Shown one piece after another: positions 59,664 through 64,000 of a stretch of DNA of 64,000 bases. Position 1 is the stretch's first letter; each line of letters starts with the position of its first letter. The stretch covers positions 5,536,001 to 5,600,000 of the forward strand of contig OZ245006.1 of NCBI GenBank assembly GCA_965223545.1. The letters run 5' to 3'. Both the position numbers and the translations under genes were made by a program. A model generated the notes under the pieces. That model was not told where the DNA came from, did no database searches, and worked only from the letters and a program-made list of their open reading frames with translations. The DNA comes from Planctomycetota bacterium (GTDB lineage Bacteria; Planctomycetota; UBA1135; UBA2386).

Positions 59664-61058
59664 TCATGGACCAACAACGCCCTCCGGGTGATGGCCGGCG
59701 CGGCTTGCGCGCTGTCGTTTGCCTGCGGGTCCGAGCCCGCGGCGGACCCGGCGCCTCTGCCAGCCGCGCCGGTCACCAACCGGCTCGACGTCTCCTCTGA
59801 CGTCGTCAACAACCTCGGCATCACCTACGAGCCGGCGGCCCGCGGTCACCTCGGTGTGTGGCACCGGGTGTCGGGCGAGCTGGAGGTTCCCGAGAGCCGC
59901 CGTTGGCTGCTGCGGGCGCCGGCGCGCGCGCGCGTGCTCTCGACGGTCGCCCGCTGGCAGGTGGTCGCGCAGGGCGCGGTGGTGGCGACCCTGGCCGCGC
60001 CGGAGGTCGGGCGCGTGCGGGCCGCGATCGAGCTCGCCGAACGGACCGCCGCGCAGGCGACGCGCGAGGTGGCGGCCGCCGGTGCGCGGCTGGTCGAGAG
60101 CGAGGAGCACTTGGCGGAGGCGCGCGCCTTCGAGCGCACCTGCATGGAGCGACTCGACCATCTCGAGCGGGCGGATCGGCAGGGCAACCCGCTGACCGTG
60201 CGGGAGCTGGTCGAGGCCCGCCGCGCGGTCGCCGAGGCCAGTCGGGCGCGCCTCGACGCGGCGATCGTGCGCGACGAGTTGGCGGCGCGGGTCGCCGGCA
60301 AACAGCTCGACGCCGACCGGGCCGCGGGCGACGCCGCCGCACAGCTGCAGGCGCTCGCCGTCCTGACCGGAGCCAGCGTGGCCGATCTGTCGGAGCGCAC
60401 CGAGGGCGAGCCGGCCTGGCGTCGGATCGAGCGCCTCGAGATCCGCGCCCCCGCGGATGGAGTGGTCGTCGAGCTGGCGGTGGCGGCCGGCGAGGTCATC
60501 GACGCCGGGATGCCGGTGGCGCGTCTGTTCGATACCCGCGAGCTGCGCTTCGTCGGCCGCGTGCCCGAGGGCGATCTGGGGCTGTTGGCCGGAGGCAGTA
60601 CCGTGCGTTTGGAGTTTGCCGCCAGCCTGCTGCCGCCGGTCGAGACGGTGCTCGACGCGCCGCTCTTGATCGCCGACCCAGACACCCGAATGGTGCACGT
60701 GCAGGCCGCCGTCGCCAACGGCGATGGGCAGATGGCGCACGGCATGTCCGCCACGGCGCACGTGCTCGTCGAACGCAGCGCGAGTGAAGAAGTGTTGGTC
60801 CCGCAGCGGTGCATCGTCTTCGACGGCCTGCAGGCGGTCGTGTTCAAACGCGATCCCGATGATCCGGACGTCGTCGTGCGCACCCCGGTCGAGCTCGGCG
60901 CGCGCGCGGTCGATCGCGTCGAGGTGCTCGCCGGTGTGATGGAGGGCGATGCGCTGGTCGCCGACGGCATCCGCCAGCTGGTGCGCACCGGATTGGGCAA
61001 GGCGCCGGAGGGCGGCCACTTCCACGCCGACGGCACCTGGCACCGGGACCACGAGTAG
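59658..61058 (+). CDS. RND efflux periplasmic adaptor, CzcB/CusB-like (start TTG 59658 or ATG 59691)
   Basis: Lipobox-like LSFAC, coiled coil, IRAPADGVV, C-terminal GGHFHADGTWH. Confidence 0.88.
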   Translation: MSSWTNNALRVMAGAACALSFACGSEPAADPAPLPAAPVTNRLDVSSDVVNNLGITYEPAARGHLGVWHRVSGELEVPESRRWLLRAPARARVLSTVARWQVVAQGAVVATLAAPEVGRVRAAIELAERTAAQATREVAAAGARLVESEEHLAEARAFERTCMERLDHLERADRQGNPLTVRELVEARRAVAEASRARLDAAIVRDELAARVAGKQLDADRAAGDAAAQLQALAVLTGASVADLSERTEGEPAWRRIERLEIRAPADGVVVELAVAAGEVIDAGMPVARLFDTRELRFVGRVPEGDLGLLAGGSTVRLEFAASLLPPVETVLDAPLLIADPDTRMVHVQAAVANGDGQMAHGMSATAHVLVERSASEEVLVPQRCIVFDGLQAVVFKRDPDDPDVVVRTPVELGARAVDRVEVLAGVMEGDALVADGIRQLVRTGLGKAPEGGHFHADGTWHRDHE

Positions 61059-61073
61059 GTCCCTTTCGATCGA

Positions 61074-64000
61074 ATGCTCACCGCGCTGATCGGCTGGTCT
61101 CTGCGACGGCGCGGCCTGGTGCTCGGGCTGGCGGCTCTGCTGATCGTGTTCGGGGCCTACCGCATCCCGCGGATGCCGGTCGAGGTGTTTCCCGAGCTCA
61201 ACGCCCCGACCGTCACGATCATGACCGAAGCGCCCGGCTACGCGCCGGAGGAAGTCGAGCGCGCGGTGACGTTTCCGATCGAGACCGCGCTCAACGGCAT
61301 CGCCGGGCTGCGCCGTCTGCGCTCGAGTTCGGCCCTCGGTCTGTCGATCGTCTGGGCCGAGTTCGACTTCGGCGCCGACATCTACCGCAATCGGCAGCTG
61401 ATCGCCGAGCGGCTGTCCCGGGTGCGGGGCGTGCTGCCGGCCAATGTGCATCCGCCCGAGATGACTCCGGTCGCCAGTCTCGCCGGCGAAGTCATGCTGC
61501 TCGGCTTGACCAGCCCGCAGGAACGCGCGTCGCCCCTCGAGCTGCGCCGCATCGCGGAGTTCGACCTCCGCCCACGCCTGTTGGCGGTGACCGGCGTCGC
61601 CCAGGTCACCGCGCTCGGCGGCGAGCTGCCCGAGCTGCAGATCCGCGTGTCGCCCGATGCCCTGCAGCGATACGGCTTGACCCTGGCCGAGATCGAGCGC
61701 GCGGCCGGGGCCGCGCACGCGCCGGTCGGCGCCGGCTACCTCGCCGATGTGGGAGGGCGCGAGCTGCCGCTGCGGCCGCAGACGGGGGTGGAGAGCGTCG
61801 ACGACATCGGCTCGACGGTGGTCGGCACTTGGCGGGGAGTGCCGGTGCCGCTGTCCTCCGTCGCCAGCATCGGCGTGGCGGGCGCACCGCGGCGGGGGAC
61901 CGGTTCGGCCGGGGGAAGGCCGGCGGCGATCCTCACGGTGCAGCGCGACCCGAGCGCCAACACTCTGGAGCTCACCGCTCGCCTCGACGCGGTGCTCGAC
62001 GCCTTCGCCGCGACGTTGCCCGAGGGCGTGGTGCTCGAGCGGGCCATCTTCCGGCAGGCGGACTTCATCGGTGTTGCCGTCGACAACGTGCTGGCGGCGT
62101 TGCTGGATGCCGCGCTCTTCGTGCTGGTCATTCTGTTCCTGTTCCTGCTGGACCTCCGCACGACGCTGATCACGTTGACCGCGCTGCCGCTGTCGCTGGC
62201 GGCCGCCCTGCTCGCCCTCGACGCGGTCGGTGCGACCATCAACGTGATGACTCTCGGCGGCATCGCCGTCGCCATCGGCTCGCTGGTCGACGATGCCATC
62301 GTCGACGTCGAGAACGTCTTTCGCCGCCTGCGGCAGAACGCGGGGCTGCCGCCGGAGCAGCGCCGGCCGCGCCTACGCGTCGTGTTCGAAGCCAGCGTCG
62401 AGGTCCGCCAGGCGATTCTGTTGGCCACCGCCGTCATCGTGCTCGGCTTCGTGCCCCTGTTCTTCCTCAGCGGAGTCGAGGGCCGCTTCTTCCGCCCGCT
62501 CGGCGCCGCCTACGTCATCAGTTTGGCGGCGTCGTTGCTGGTGGCCATGTCGGTGACACCGGTGCTGTGCAGCGTGCTCTTGCGGCGCGCCGCAGCCGGG
62601 TCCGTCGAGCGCGAGAGTTGGCTCGTCCGGTGGCTGCAGCGGGGTTATGGCCGGGCGCTCGAGGTCGCGCTGCGCGCGCGCGCCGTCGTGCTCGGTGCGG
62701 CGGGGCTGCTGTTGGCGTGCGCGTGCGCGCTCGCGGCGACGTTCGGCTCGTCGTTCCTGCCCGAGTTCAACGAGGGCAGCATCACGCTGTTCCTCAACAC
62801 GCCGGCGGGCACGTCGCTGCAGGAGTCGGACCGCGTCGGGCGGCGGGTCGAGCTGCGGGCGGCCGAGATCGAGGGCGTTGCCGCCGTCACGCGGCGCACC
62901 GGCCGGGCCGAGCGGGACGAGCACGCCGAGCCGGTGAGCGCGAGCGAAGTGGATGTGCGCCTGCGCCCCGGCGCGGACGTCGGCGCGGTGCGGCGAGCGC
63001 TCGTCGATCTGCTCGCGGCGACGCCGGGCGTGACGTCGCAGATCGGCGGGCCGATCGGCCACCGGCTCTCGCACATCTTGTCGGGCACACCGGCCGCCGT
63101 GGCGATCAAGGTGTTCGGCGACGACCTCGACCAGCTGCGCACGATCGCCGCCGAGATCGAGGCGGCGCTGCACCCGCTGCCGGGCGTGCGCGACCTGGTC
63201 GCCAATCGCGAAGTGTTGTCGGACACGCTGCCGATCCGTTTCGACCGCCAACGGCTGGCGCACTACGGCTTGACCCCGGCGGATGCGGCGCGCCAGCTCG
63301 AAACCGCCTTCCTCGGGCGCAGGTTGGGTGTGGTCAACCAGGGCTCCGCACGGATCGACATCGTGCTGCGCTTGGCCGAGGACGCGCGGCGCAACCTGGA
63401 CGACGTGCGCCAGTTCTTGTTGCAGGCTCCGTCCGGAGCCGTCGTCCGGCTGCAGACCGTCGCCGACGTGTACGAAGAGCAAGCGTCGAGCCTGATCACC
63501 AGGGAGAGCGTGCGTCGCAAGGCGGTGATCTCCTGCAACGTGGCGGAAGGCCACAACCTGGGCGATCTCGTCGCCGCGATCCGCGCAAGTGTCGACCCCA
63601 TCGTTGCGCGACATCAGGGCGCACACGTCGAGTACGGCGGGCAGTTCGAGGCGCAAGCCGAGGCGAGCCGGCGCATCGGGTGGACGTCGCTTGGCGTCCT
63701 CGCGGTGATCTGTCTGCTCCTCTACGGCGCCTTCGGCGCCGCCAGACCGGTTCTGCTGGTGCTGCTCAACCTCCCGTTCGCCCTGGTCGGCGGGGTCGTC
63801 GCGCTGTTCGTCGCCGATTCGCCCAGCGTGATCGACAACCTCACCGCGTTGTTCGGCGGTGGCAGCTATGTGGCTCCGGTCGTGTCGATCTCTGCCCTGG
63901 TCGGCTTCATCGGTCTCGTCGGTGTGGCCTGTCGCAACGGGCTACTGCTGATCTCGCACTGCTATCACCTGATGGAGGTGGAGAACATTGCCCGATCCGC
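61074..64000 (+). CDS. Heavy-metal efflux RND permease, CzcA/CusA family (3' truncated; absent from the ORF track)
   Basis: Own translation: MLTALIGWSLRRR...MPVEVFPEL...PEEVERAVTFPIE...AIGSLVDDAIVDVEN...VEGRFFRPL...FLPEFNEG. Confidence 0.93.
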   Translation, partial: MLTALIGWSLRRRGLVLGLAALLIVFGAYRIPRMPVEVFPELNAPTVTIMTEAPGYAPEEVERAVTFPIETALNGIAGLRRLRSSSALGLSIVWAEFDFGADIYRNRQLIAERLSRVRGVLPANVHPPEMTPVASLAGEVMLLGLTSPQERASPLELRRIAEFDLRPRLLAVTGVAQVTALGGELPELQIRVSPDALQRYGLTLAEIERAAGAAHAPVGAGYLADVGGRELPLRPQTGVESVDDIGSTVVGTWRGVPVPLSSVASIGVAGAPRRGTGSAGGRPAAILTVQRDPSANTLELTARLDAVLDAFAATLPEGVVLERAIFRQADFIGVAVDNVLAALLDAALFVLVILFLFLLDLRTTLITLTALPLSLAAALLALDAVGATINVMTLGGIAVAIGSLVDDAIVDVENVFRRLRQNAGLPPEQRRPRLRVVFEASVEVRQAILLATAVIVLGFVPLFFLSGVEGRFFRPLGAAYVISLAASLLVAMSVTPVLCSVLLRRAAAGSVERESWLVRWLQRGYGRALEVALRARAVVLGAAGLLLACACALAATFGSSFLPEFNEGSITLFLNTPAGTSLQESDRVGRRVELRAAEIEGVAAVTRRTGRAERDEHAEPVSASEVDVRLRPGADVGAVRRALVDLLAATPGVTSQIGGPIGHRLSHILSGTPAAVAIKVFGDDLDQLRTIAAEIEAALHPLPGVRDLVANREVLSDTLPIRFDRQRLAHYGLTPADAARQLETAFLGRRLGVVNQGSARIDIVLRLAEDARRNLDDVRQFLLQAPSGAVVRLQTVADVYEEQASSLITRESVRRKAVISCNVAEGHNLGDLVAAIRASVDPIVARHQGAHVEYGGQFEAQAEASRRIGWTSLGVLAVICLLLYGAFGAARPVLLVLLNLPFALVGGVVALFVADSPSVIDNLTALFGGGSYVAPVVSISALVGFIGLVGVACRNGLLLISHCYHLMEVENIARS

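Overview
Very GC-rich bacterial DNA, probably Planctomycetota. This is inferred from ECF-sigma/Ser-Thr kinase pairs, sulfatases, carboxypeptidase-regulatory repeat proteins and a GGHFHADG-tailed RND adaptor. About 50 genes are present. Ordinary content: a GntR(YtrA)-ABC operon, an acyl-CoA operon (thiolase, 3-hydroxyacyl-CoA dehydrogenase, two acyl-CoA dehydrogenases, with sppA embedded), a second ABC pair, ArsR-SRPBCC, meaB, a two-subunit methylmalonyl-CoA mutase, a PhoX-like phosphatase, GH113, a Tm-1-like pair, AlkD and a partial CzcBA-type efflux operon. Four things stand out. (1) A 1423-aa single-ORF fusion: two rhodanese domains, a YidC-like membrane domain, a complete PEP-synthase/rifampicin-phosphotransferase-type dikinase and a PilZ domain. 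(2) An IS110 element whose transposase has Thr at the usual catalytic Ser, with a structured 5' non-coding region carrying a 9-nt copy of the element's own end (bridge-RNA-like). (3) Two related arrays of about 200-bp palindromic repeats at the starts of exported-protein genes; one appears split by the IS110. (4) An ECF sigma with STSD in place of DAED, coupled to a kinase. Several single-base frameshifts may be sequencing errors. No rRNA, tRNA or CRISPR array was recognised. All protein calls are from motif reading by eye, not database searches.
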